Assembly: GCA_030390025.1 (NCBI GenBank) | Contig: CM059443.1 | Coordinates: forward strand, 26,350,001-26,414,000 | Direction: 5' to 3' | DNA length: 64,000 nt | Source of the DNA: Squalus acanthias | Lineage: Eukaryota | Shown here: positions 11,897 to 22,930 of the stretch, one piece after another | Layout of the letters: each line of letters opens with the position of its first letter | How positions within the stretch are numbered: position 1 is the stretch's first letter | Translations under genes and position numbers: made by a program | Notes under the pieces: generated by a model | What the model was told of the DNA's origin: nothing | Database searches by the model: none | Seen by the model: only the letters and a program-made list of their open reading frames with translations

Positions 11897-12829
11897 TATG
11901 TCACCACCATCATTACTTCATTATACCTTAGGTCTATTTTAAGATAAATACAGTGGTGACATGTGTAAATGGGACAAAGGTAATAAAAGTTACTTGGGAC
12001 TTTCCTTTGTTCTTGCAGGTGCCCAAGTGGATTTTGTTATACTCATCTATCTCAACTTCTGGATGGACTTTTATGTCACAAGTCAAAATATTATGCATAA
12101 AATCCCATTAGTGTCTGTATGTCAAAATGAGGAAACTGTTATTTTTGTTGGAAATAACACTTCCTCCCTTTGAATTTCAGTGGTTGTGAAATACTGTAAT
12201 GTACAAAGCGCCTAACGTGACTTGGATTGATTTATTTTCTTTCTTGTAACGTGAAGGTCAATAATATTATTCTGACGTGGTAATAATGATTTATTTATGA
12301 ACACCACGCTTGAAATTCCTCTGTGTGCTATTTTTAGCATGCCAGGTATCACATTTGCGTCAAACTTGTGTTTGCACCATTTTAACAAAGTCATTCGCTG
12401 GTTTAAAATGAGAAAAGATTAGAGAAACAGACTAACAGCTTGATATCTTCTTTCTGGCTTTAGACTATGTTTACTAAAGGTATAAATAATGCCTCAGCTA
12501 ACTAAAGACACCATCCCTTTATCATTTTTTTAAATGTAATATTAAATATAGCACTCATTAAATGCTTCAGTTAAAATTAATGAGCTGAAAAGCAGTCACG
12601 TCATAGAACATAGATTTAACCTAATTAATGCCAGCGAGGCATAATTATCTGTCAGTGACATGAGTACCCACTAAAAGCAGCATACAGTAGAGACTGTTGC
12701 CCACTGACACGGTAAAGCAGAGTCTGTAGCCTGCCTGAATGCTTGCCAAAATGTGTGAAATATTTTCTTTGTTTCAATTGGATCTAGCTCAAGTGTGTAA
12801 TAAAACTAATACTGACTGCATTTTTCTGG

Positions 12830-13045
12830 CTCTGGTTGTCATACTGCACCACTCAGGTTACAGAAGTGACCATGGCTGTGCAACACCATCTTTGGCCACA
12901 GATATCATGCCAATCTTCTTCTCCCAGTGCTCGCTGGCATTCCGCTGGTCCAACCATAGAAGGATTTCTCAAGGTCGGCCCTCATTGCCTATGCATGGTG
13001 TGCTCCCAGCTCATATTGTGCATGGTGCCCGGAGTTCACCAAAAT
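12830..13045 (+). pseudogene. Possible heavily decayed Harbinger transposase fragment
   Basis: EVTMAV and IEGFLKVG..C resemble KVTVAL and IAGFPKVQGAIDC, with large deletions between them. Confidence 0.3.
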
Positions 13046-13341
13046 GGGGAGGGTTGTGGTGGGGGGGGGGGGGGAGGAGCGGGAGGTGGTGGGTTTGTTA
13101 AGGATGGGGAAATTCACACATTCATCAGCCCTTCAAAGCAGCAGCCAGAATTTAAAGGGATGGGGCCACTTAAATGTGGGCACATTCATAGGGGAGCAAA
13201 AATGATTTCAGCCTTTCCAAAGGTTGCCAAGACTTTACAAACACTGTATGGAAGCGAAATTTAGTTTTCAGCCTTTCTAAAGCCAAAGCACTTTAAAATT
13301 GTGCGCCATATATAAGGTGCTATATAAATGCAGGTACTTTA

Positions 13342-14870
13342 TTTTTTTTTATTCATTCCTGGGATGTGGGCATCGCTGGCAAGGCCAGCATTTATTGCCC
13401 ATCCCTAATTCCCCTTCAGAATCCGGTGGTGAGCCGCCTTCTTGAACCGCTGCAGCCTTTTTTTTTTATTCGTTTATGGGATCTGGGCGTCGCTAGCAAG
13501 ACCAGCATTTATTGCCCATCCCTAGTTGCCCTTGAGAAGGTGGTGGTGAGTGGCCTTCTTGAACCGCTGCAGTCTGTGTGGTGATGGTACTCCCACAGTG
13601 CTGTTAGGGAGGGAGTTCCAGGATTTTGACCCAGCGATGATGAAGGATCGGCGATATACTTCCAAGTCAGGATGGTGTGAATGTTTAAGGTGGTGGATGG
13701 GGTGCCAATCAAGCGGGCTGCTTTGTCCTGGATGGTGTCGAGCTTCTTGAGTGTTGTTGGAGCTGCACTCATCCAGGCAAGTGGAGAGTATTCCATCACA
13801 CTCCTTACTTGTGCCTTGTAGATGGTGGAAAGGCTTTGGGGAGTCAGGAGGTGAGACACTCGCCGCAGAATACCTAGCCTCTGACCTGCTCTTATTGCCA
13901 CAGTATTTATGTGGCTGGTCCAGTTAAGTTTCTGGTTAATGGTGACCCCCAGGATGTTGATAGTGGGGGATTCGGCGATGGTAATGCCATTGAATGTCAA
14001 GGGGAGGTGGTTAGACTCTCGCTTGTTGGAGATAATCATTGCCTGGCACTTCTGTGGCGCGAATGTTACCTGCCACTTATCAGCCCAAGCCTGAACATTG
14101 TCCAGGTCTTGTTGCATGCGGGCATGGAGTGCTTCATTATCTGAGGAGTTGTGAATGGCGCTGATCACTGTGCAGTCATCAGCGAACATCCCCAGCCTGT
14201 GCGGTGAAGGTACTCCCACGGTGCTGTTAGGGAGGGAGTTCCAGGATTTTGATCCAGCGACGATGAAGGAACGGCGATATATTTCCAAGTCAGGATGGTG
14301 TGTGACTTGCAGATGAACTTTGAGGAGTCAGGAGGTGAGACACTCGCCGCAGAATACCCAGCCTCTGACCTGCCCTTGTCTCCACAGTATTTATGTGGTT
14401 GGTCCAGTTAAGTTTCTGGTCAATGGTTACCCCCAGGATGTTGGTGGGCGATTTGGCGATGGTAATGCCGTTGATGTCAAGGGGCGGTAGTTAGACTCTC
14501 GCTTGTTGGAGATAGTCATTGCCTGGCACTTGTGTGGCACGAATGTTACTTGCCACTTATCAGCCCAAGCCTGAATGTCGTCCAGGTCTTGCTGCATGCG
14601 GGCATGGACTGCTTCATTAACTGAGGAGTTGTGAATGGAACTGCACACTGCAATCATCAGCGAACATCCCCACTTCTGACCTTCTGATGGAGGGAAGGTC
14701 ATTGATGAAGCAGCTGAAGATGGCTGGGCCTAGGACACTGCCCTGAGGAACTCCTGCAGCAATGTCCTGGGGCTTAGATGATTGACCTCCAACAACCACA
14801 ACCATCTTCCTTGTGCTAGGTATGACTCCAGCCAGTGGAGAGTTTTCCCCCTGATTCCCATTGACTTCCT
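13342..14870 (-). mobile_element. Tandem array of three truncated or deleted copies of a CR1/L2-group LINE (reverse transcriptase C-terminus and 3' end)
   Basis: ORFs contain AGVPQGSVLGP, FADD, QQDLDNVQAWADKWQVTF and YKAQVRSVMEY; 3' ends restart at ~13342 and ~13460, and a third copy joins at ~14192. Confidence 0.85.
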
Positions 14871-14871
14871 G

Positions 14872-15015
14872 TTAAAGGCAGATAATACTGTAAATATGTA
14901 CAGGTCAGTCAGCATCTGTAAAGACAGGTTAATCTTCAGGTTACATTAACCTGCCTTTTCTCTTTACAGATGGTGCCAGACCTACTGTGTATTTCCAGCA
15001 ATTTCTGTTTTTATC
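14872..15015. repeat. Short palindromic Penelope-associated element
   Basis: CAGGTCAGTCAGCATCTGTAAAGA is roughly inverted to TCTTTACAGATGGTGCCAGACCT; a related half copy lies at 58357-58480. Confidence 0.5.
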
Positions 15016-16599
15016 CTTTAGAAAACCTGATTTGAAAGCTCTTTCTTGACTCCTTACCCTTCTCTGGTAAAAGTGAACACAGTTTTCTAAATTTATTACA
15101 ATTCAGTGTTTAACTGTAAATATATTTTACTGTAATGCCTTTATTCAGTATCTTTGGCAATTAAATGATTTGGACATTTGGATTATAAAACTATGATGCA
15201 TCAAAAATATGAGTAGAGGATGTGCAATCAGCAAATGTGTAATATGTTGTATTTCACTGATGAGGGCGAACCTCATAAGTCATAACTGAGAATGACAGAA
15301 GTGAATTGTGTAAGCAATCCTTAGCAGTGACTAGGGTGCCACCTTTTACCAAATCCAAAACCAGAGAGAGGGTGATTAGGTGTGGTTTAGGAAAAGACCG
15401 TTTCAAAATTGTATCAAAGCAAATTATTTCAACTGACGTGTGGTATCAACATTCGATTGGTACAAGGGTCAAATTTATTGTAATGCAAGCCTTTGCTCAC
15501 TGGGTACAATGAACTTCATTGCTCTGCTGATTCTCCGGGAACAGTTCACATCAGTCCGGTATTGATATTTTAATGTAAACCTTACGATACTGGGTGATAA
15601 ATATCCACGGAGAACCAAGCAGAAAACGATCCTTGCCCTTTTTACATTAACGATTAAAAAAAAAACCACAGCAGCCTACTCAAAATAAATGGACTATCCA
15701 ACTGAAAACTGGACTGATGGCAACTCTATCAGTGAAATTGAACTATTAATACATTAAAAATCTTACATCTGTATGCATTTCCTGTCAACTTTTCCCATTA
15801 TAAATTCTTATGCCCACATTTATAATGTAAACCTGCCACACTGTAGGTACACCCTCCCATCAATGGAGGTGCTACAGCACCAACAGTGGCAGGATGGTGT
15901 AATAACAGTGTGATAAGTTTATATAGGCAGTTTCCATCATGAATATGGGCACAGGAATTTATAATGGAAATTTCTAAAAACATAAGGACAGAACGTATGA
16001 CTTTAAAATGAGTTCAACTGAAATATGTCTGCAACCCTGCCCTCTAACTCCGTTTCACCTGAAGACTACACTTGCTCTTGACTCCCTGTGTACAGTGCCA
16101 TAGGAGATTGACTATTATAAATGGATTTGTTCATTACATATCACACTTGTTCATTACATATTCTATTTGTACCATCAGGAGATAAAACTTTTAAGTAAAA
16201 CTATTTCAATCACTTTGTTGATTGGCACAGTGAAGGTACCTAAACTGCTTTATAATGAGGAAGCTACTGTAATATCGATCGGTAGAAAAATAATAAGTCA
16301 TATTATCTGTTTATAGTTCATGGATAAAGCATCACTTGTGGTAATAAAAGCATGGTAGGAGAAAAAATATTTGTTACTGCGTCGATTTTATCATAGACCC
16401 CTCTCATTCAAACCTCCTCTGATTCTGCCCTTCCACCTATAATGACATCAAAGCCTCCATTAATTGCCTGCAAAAACTGCCTCACCTCTTGTTCGAACAC
16501 TTTTTTCCCCATTAGATCACAGATAGTCCCCTGCCCCTGCTGCTCCCCAGGACAACAGCCAGCTCTGTAGTCTCAAGTCTTGTGCATTTACTGAGCTAC

Positions 16600-17005
16600 T
16601 GACCTGGTAGTCCAGTCCGGCAGCGCCTCGATTTTAAAATTCTTATCCTTGTTTTCAAATCCCTCCATGGTCTTGCCCCTCCCTATCTCTGTAACCTCCT
16701 CCAGCCCTACTCCCCTCCAAGATCTCTGGCCTCTTGTGCGGCCCCGATTTTCATCACTCCACCATTGGTGGCTGTGCCTTCAACTGCCTCGGCCCTAAGC
16801 TCTGGAATTTCCTCCCTAAATCTCTCCGCATCTCTACCTCTCTCCTCCTTTAAGACGCTTTTTAAAACCTATCTATTTGACCAACCTTTTGGTCACCTGT
16901 CCTAATATTTCCTTATGTGGCTCGGTGTCAAATTTTGTTTGATAATGCGCCTTGGGATGTTTTATTATGTTAAAGCTGCTTCATAAATGCAAGTTGTTAT
17001 TGTCA
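16600..17005 (+). mobile_element. L2 LINE 3' fragment (older L2-like remnants flank it at ~16330-16600 and ~17005-17260)
   Basis: Reverse-complement match to 2435-2850; ends ATAAATGCAAGTTGTTATT. Confidence 0.8.
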
Positions 17006-17495
17006 AATATGGTTTGACCACAGCAGCCCGTCCCTGCCATTAGCCAAATCCTCATCTTATTTGAAAATCATCATGGAGAGTAGGAACAGCTCCAAACTCC
17101 TCCACAATTAAGTATCTCATCTGACTCCATGCGAGGAACTTATGAAGTTCTTTGTCTACAGAATCAAGATCATCCATTCTGCTGCCTTGCCTCTTGTGAC
17201 TATCTTTCCTGATCCCAGCATTCCTCCTGACTGACTCTCCACCTCTTTTACTCTTTTAACTCTGGATAATGCCAACTAGCTCAGAGATTGATTCAGAGAT
17301 TGTCTTGATTTGAATTTTTTTTAATTGTCGTCTGCATTTATTGTTAGCGGTATATTTACTCCCTAAGTCATTGGCTATTTTAATTACTCCAAAGTCTTTA
17401 TATGAAGAAGCTTCACTTATAGATCTCATCTGTGATCTTGAAAGACCTGTGTTAAAGCATCGGCATTCTATGAAAAGTGTATGGATAAACTTTTT

Positions 17496-17975
17496 GGTGG
17501 AAAAATTGGGTTGCTTTGCGCCTCCCGTTAGCGCCCCCTGGCGCGGCACCACTAACGCCTCCCGGGAAATTCAGCGGGAGGTTAGCGGCGGCGTCATCAT
17601 TGCCGTGCGCAGCTCCCTGCCCGCTGACCTATCGCCGGACGATATGTCCGACAGGGTCAGGGTGGCATTTTTGCGGCCGTGGCGGTGCTACTTAAAGGGC
17701 AGGTGTTGGGCAGCCATTTTTTTTGGGCCAACTGCCAGCACCTGCCCCCTTCCCCTTTTTTCATCGGGGTGCCGGCCACGATCGCTCAGCCCGGCACTCC
17801 TCTTGAGTGCCGGGCTGTTTTCCCGGCACCCCGCTCCCCCGGTGGTCCAGAGGAGGGAAGCCTGCAATGATGTGGCGCTATGTGCCGACACGTGTGGCGC
17901 TGTTGCACGTAGTGCCGTGAAATTCACTGGTAGCGCCCCAAGAAGGAGGGGAAGCACTTTCAGTAGCTACTCCTG
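17496..17975. mobile_element. Partial inverted copy of the 7537-8267 MITE
   Basis: Shared spurious translation PDDMSDRVRVAFLRP / PDAMSDRVRVAFLWP; begins GGTGGAAAAATTGGG. Confidence 0.8.
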
Positions 17976-18086
17976 AATTTACGGTGCAGGTGCGATTGAG
18001 ATTGCGCTTCATCGCCTAAGTAAGCAGTGGAGAAGGGAGATGGAATCAAGGGCTAAGGTGCAATGATTCTGGCAGAAACACAACAC

Positions 18087-19466
18087 AATGGCCCGGATTT
18101 TGCTTTCAGCGGCGAAGGAATGGCTTTTGCCGTTCACCTCACGTACAGTTGCCCACAGACTTTTTGCAGGCTTGTCAGCAGGGATTTCTACCAATCCGGC
18201 GTCTATTTCAGTGCGGCACCCTCTACAGGGGATCTGTGGTGTCTGTGAACAGGGAAACATAGGAGCAGGAGTAGGCCATTCGGCCCTTCGAGCCTGCTCC
18301 GCCATTCAATATGATCGTGGCTGATCCTCTATCTCAATACCATATTCCCACTCTCTCCCCATACCCCTTGATGCCTTTTGTGTCTAGAAATCTATCTATC
18401 TCCTTCTTAAATATATTCAGTGACTTGGCCTCCACAGCCTTCTGTGGTAGAGAATTCCACAGGTTCACCACCCTCTGAGTGAAGAAATTTCTCCTCATCT
18501 CAGTCCTAAATGTCCTACCCCATATCCTGAGACTGTGACCCCTCGTTCTAGACACCCCCAGCCAGGGGAAACATCCTCCCTGCATCCAGTCTGTCTAGCC
18601 CTGTCAGAATTTTATACGTTTCAATGAGATCCCCTCTCATTCTTCTAAACTCTAGTGAATACAGGCCTAGTCGACCCAATCTCTCATCATACGACAGTTC
18701 TGCCATCCCAGGAATCAGTCTGGTGAACCTTCGCTGCACTCCCTCTATGGCAAGTATATCCTTTCTTAGGTAAGGAGACCAAAACTGCACACAGTACTCC
18801 AGGTGTGGTCTCACCAAGGCCCTGTACAACTGTAATAAAAGCAGCAGCGAGGCTCTTCAACCAATCAGATTAAAGTATCCTCACTGATACACGCAGACTG
18901 CAAATCAGGAAGTAAAAAACGGGAAATATAAATTACATTTAAATCATGTATGGGGGAGAAATAAAGATTGGGAAATACAGATGGAATTAAGTGAGAGAGA
19001 TAAGAGGGTCCAACAGAAAAAGTTAAAAAAAATATTTTTAATTTTAATTTAAAAATAAATCTGCAACATTAATTTTCTTCTGAGGAAATGAAATTCCACA
19101 CTTGTAAGATTAATTTTTCAGGACCAGAAAGGTTGTTAAGCAATAATGATCACTTATTACACCGTTAAAAACTCACTTGCACCTAAATGTACCAGCCCTA
19201 ACTTTTTCAGCCGACTTTAGTGCGGGACTAGCGGGCAAGTACCCCAAGTTCACGCCATTACAGTGATTTCAGTGCCGAGTCTATCAGCGAGGACTGTAAC
19301 AGCGCACCCTGTGGAGGAGCAGGGTATCTTGGACAGCAACTTCTGGATTTCAATGTTTAACTAGTTGCGCATGTGCGGATGCCGGAAGTTGCTGTCAGAT
19401 TTACCCTGCAATAACGGCGAACGCTGGTAGCCTCGCCGTAATTATTACAGCAAAATCCGGGCCATT
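18087..19466. mobile_element. TIR element with perfect 18-bp inverted ends, carrying a nested CR1
   Basis: AATGGCCCGGATTTTGCT (18087-18104) is the exact reverse complement of AGCAAAATCCGGGCCATT (19449-19466); a related copy starts at 63673. Confidence 0.8.
18254..18835 (-). mobile_element. CR1 LINE 3' fragment (well preserved)
   Basis: ORFs [32 protein letters not shown] and RTRGHSL..RRNFFTQRVVNLWNSLP; CR1 tail ...CCTACTCCTGCTCCTATGTTTC. Confidence 0.92.
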
Positions 19467-20243
19467 AACTTTGGTCTTGCCAGTGTTAACTAAGTTTTGG
19501 CTCATATGCAACTTGACATTGGAAGAAAAAAGCACAACAACAGTCATGGAATTCAGAGGAGTGATGGAGAGATAAAACTGGGTATTGGGGACATAAATTT
19601 GGAACCATGTTTACCAATAATGTCATCATGTGATAGTATTTAGACAGGACCCCATGGATTCGGTAACACCTTGAGGCAATTTCTGTGCCAACCTGAACCC
19701 AAATTCTTTGGCAAGGGAATGTAGATTCTGCAGCAGGTTTAACCAGTTTCTAGAACTAAGTTGGCTTTGCATATTTATCTAGCAAGAATAGAGTGACAAA
19801 GCAATTTTCATATCATGCTGCTTTCATATCGTAGGCTGGGTCTTGGTACTTAAGTACACCTTTCTTCTGTATTTAACTACAAGTAATATAGCCGGTTTCT
19901 GTGGAACCAGCTACAAAGTGCATTGTGCATGGACAGACTAGCTGTCATAGTTTCGGCCAAGCACACACACAAAGTGCATCACTACAGGGATTGCACTGTC
20001 ACTGGGTCCAGGAAGACTGGCAGTCAGTCTTAAAACCAATCCACTGCAGGTTTAGGAAGGGGTACCTGACCTATAAACTTGCAGTAGCTGATGAAGAAGA
20101 GAGGAAACAAATAGAGCGACGCAGCATAGTAGGAACTAGAGCTCCCAGTAGCAGAACAGGAAACAGAGACCTGGAACAGTCAGCCAGCCTCGTAGCCAGC
20201 CAACTACCAGAAGCCAGCCAGCCATAAAGAGCCAGCCAGGTCT

Positions 20244-20347
20244 CAGCAGCAGCCAGCCTTCTGCAGTCAAACACCAGAGGCCAGCCATACAGCAGCAGCC
20301 AGCCTTCTGCAGTCAAACACCAGAGGCCAGCCATACAGCAGCAGCCA
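20244..20347 (+). repeat. 46-bp tandem repeat (2 exact copies plus a partial) within a CAG/CCAG-rich tract
   Basis: CAGCAGCAGCCAGCCTTCTGCAGTCAAACACCAGAGGCCAGCCATA at 20244 and 20290. Confidence 0.9.
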
Positions 20348-20566
20348 AGCAGCAGCAAAAGGGGGAGGAGCGTATGGAGGGTGTCAGGCTCCTTAGGTTA
20401 CGGACACAGGAGCAACAGGATCATCATCAGGATTAACAGCAAAGCAGGAGACACAACAGAATCATGTGCAGGAGAGGCAGTAGCAGAATCAAGAGCGAGA
20501 GAAATGTAACAATTGACAATAGGAAATGTGCAAGAATCACCAGCAGAGATGCATAAGAAATGTGCA

Positions 20567-21360
20567 TTTGTGAATGTGATTCTCACCATTTAGAAGTGCT
20601 TTGAATTGATGGGGTGTTGGTCAAAGTGTGCATTCTTTTTTTTGGGGGGGGGCTCCTGCTGCCACTTAATTCCACCCCCACCCCCACCCCCCCACTACTC
20701 CATATTCAAATCCCTTTAGTTCAGTTTCCATTCAGTTCACAGTTGGCTTTTATCGTCAACTTCTAAATACAGACTTCTCATGGGACGAGGAACAAGAGCA
20801 CAAGACTTCTGTATAAGCTACAAGATTTACTTTTAAGGATGACTATCTCTTGTCGATTCTTCCATCTCTCCCATTCCTGATTTTGATCCTTTCTCACGAG
20901 GATAAATTCTGCAGCTGCAGAATCATGGTGTGTGAGGGGACCTGCAAACAGATGAACAATATGAGGAGACCAAGGATGGAACCTTGGCGAACACCGGAGA
21001 TGGCCATACAGGTATAGGAGGAGAATCTATTCCTGGATAAGTCTTGGCTATGTTGGGACAAATAGGGTAGCAATCATCTGAGGGTAGTGCCATGAAGGTG
21101 GACCAAAGTGGAGGAGGATAGCATGTTTGACTGTGGTGGAGGCCGCGGAGAGGTTGAGGGGGGCAAGGGAAGGATAAGGTACCACAGTCATGATACACAG
21201 GATGAAAACTGAACTAAAGGGATTTGAATGAGGAGTAGTGGGAGGGGGGTGGGGAGCATGGAATTGAGTGGCAACAGGGCTCCCCAAAAATGTATGCACA
21301 CTTTGACCAACACCCCATCAATTCAAAGCGCTTCTAAATGCTGAGAATCAAATTCACAAA
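20567..21360. repeat. Long inverted repeat (arms ~20567-20731 and ~21202-21360) around a decayed L2 reverse transcriptase fragment
   Basis: CATTTAGAAGTGCTTTGAATTGATGGGGTGTTGGTCAAAGTGTGCAT versus ATGCACACTTTGACCAACACCCCATCAATTCAAAGCGCTTCTAAATG; the spacer reads LNLSAASTTVKHAILL and GVRQGSILG on the minus strand. Confidence 0.85.
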
Positions 21361-21469
21361 GCTTGTCTTGCCCAGGAACTGCAGCCCAATACCAGTGTGC
21401 CTTCCTTCAAGAACCAGTTCAGCAGTTTGTCAAAGAGGGACAGCATTTTCCCAGATTTGTCACTGCCTG

Positions 21470-22420
21470 TGGCTTTGCATGTCATCGAGGAGAGGGGGAG
21501 CTGACACTACTGTGTCCACGTCAGTGGAAGTGCAGAGGCAGCTGGCTGTGAGTCAGTCGTGCTGCCGTCGGCTGGTGATCCATTGGGCACACTATGTACC
21601 GAGTTACATGTTTATATAGCCGGAATTTGTCTTCGACTGCGATTCTTTCTCAATCTGTTAACAGAAGTTCCCTGCAAATCGATAGGAGGAGCCTACCTTT
21701 CAATCCAGGTGCTCAGACAAAACACAAACTGGAGCGCCCTGGATTACAGCCGATTAGCTGACACCCTCTCGTCCTTTACAGTGCTGTCACAGCCAGACAC
21801 TCCCAGGGATAACATTCTAACCAGGGGAGAAAGGCATTCATCAGCCTTTCCAAAAGAAAATCTCAGGAACATGTCTCTTGGACCGCCCTCTCATGTGCAA
21901 TGAAATAGTTTTCTTGTTTATTTTCTTTTTCTACTTTTGGTTCAAACACCATTGTTTTAACAAAGCAGCCACGAAAAGAGCCGGGGTTGGGGGGTGGGGG
22001 GGCGCTGTATTTATGCATTGGCTGAAGCCCTCCCCTCCTGTATGCTTTTCTACCTTTAAAAAAAACTCAATCCAGTGTACAGATTTTATGGACGAACCCA
22101 TAGCTTAACAGCTTGCACACTCCATCCAAAAACAGCACTCCAATATAAACAGGGCAGTGCTATTATAATGTGAAAAATGTGTTCCTGTGTGAGGCATCAC
22201 TGCCAGTAACAGGAACGCCTTCTTCACTCAATTCCTTCCCCAAAGTGCTGACTTTAAAAATGACAGTAACTGTGAGTCACGGCGAAAGTTATTCTGACCA
22301 GACCTGAGACTCATTTTATTAATGTACTGTTTTGAGAGCATCAGTTAAACGTGCACGAAAATGGTCCTCGCTCCTTGCTTGAAATACGTTATGCAAATCA
22401 GAGACGGTTCAATAATATTT
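21470..22420. promoter_or_regulatory. Candidate upstream enhancer region of MIDN
   Basis: ACGTCA and GGAAGT (~21518-21531), CAGCTG, AP-1 TGAGTCA (21549-21555 and 22273-22279), octamer ATGCAAAT (22391-22398); no recognisable repeats. Confidence 0.4.
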
Positions 22421-22779
22421 ATTTGTGTAATTATACTATAAGGCTAAACATTATTGATCGGTACTGTAGTGTCGAGCGTTAACATTTACATGTGAGATCA
22501 ATTCTGCGTTCCATTTAGCATACTGGATATATTTGATTATCAGAATACAGACAGAGGCAGCGCCGTCTATTTCAATATTCAATACTTTTTTTCCCGGAAA
22601 GACAGATTAGAGCAGGATAACAGAATACATATCTGTAGCACCAGGCAACTCATTTTATTTGGAGTCGACTTAATGTTTGGGGAATGTTTACTTCATGACG
22701 CGCACAGCACACACTGTACAGAAGAAGTGCGTTACTAATGTCTCAGGTTTGGCTGGTGCTGATTAGAAACTGTTTGTTA

Positions 22780-22930
22780 TGACACCACCTAACCACGTAA
22801 TCGCGTAACTATGCCCTGCACCAGGAGAGTGCGAAGCGTGCCTGAGGCGCCACCCGCCGCCAGCCGGCTCGTCGCCAGCTACCCCCCTTGCGCCGCTATA
22901 AAGAAGCCGAAAAGCTTCAGACCCCTGCTT
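22780..22930 (+). promoter_or_regulatory. Predicted MIDN core promoter
   Basis: CpG-rich segment with GC-box-like CCACCCGCCGCC, TATAAAG at 22897-22903 and initiator-like TCAGAC at 22917-22922. Confidence 0.6.

Noticed and set aside
11995-12110. Strong acceptor TTTCCTTTGTTCTTGCAG|GT suggesting an exon of another gene
   Set aside because: No recognisable protein, matching donor or partner exons; a lncRNA exon cannot be excluded without RNA data.
13509-14288. 259-aa reverse-transcriptase-like ORF as a functional or domesticated gene
   Set aside because: It is a chimera of deleted LINE copies and lacks the N-terminal RT motifs and the endonuclease.
20244-20347. Direct repeats as a CRISPR-like array (also 40849-40918)
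   Set aside because: Units are contiguous with no unique spacers, there are no cas genes, and the context is vertebrate.
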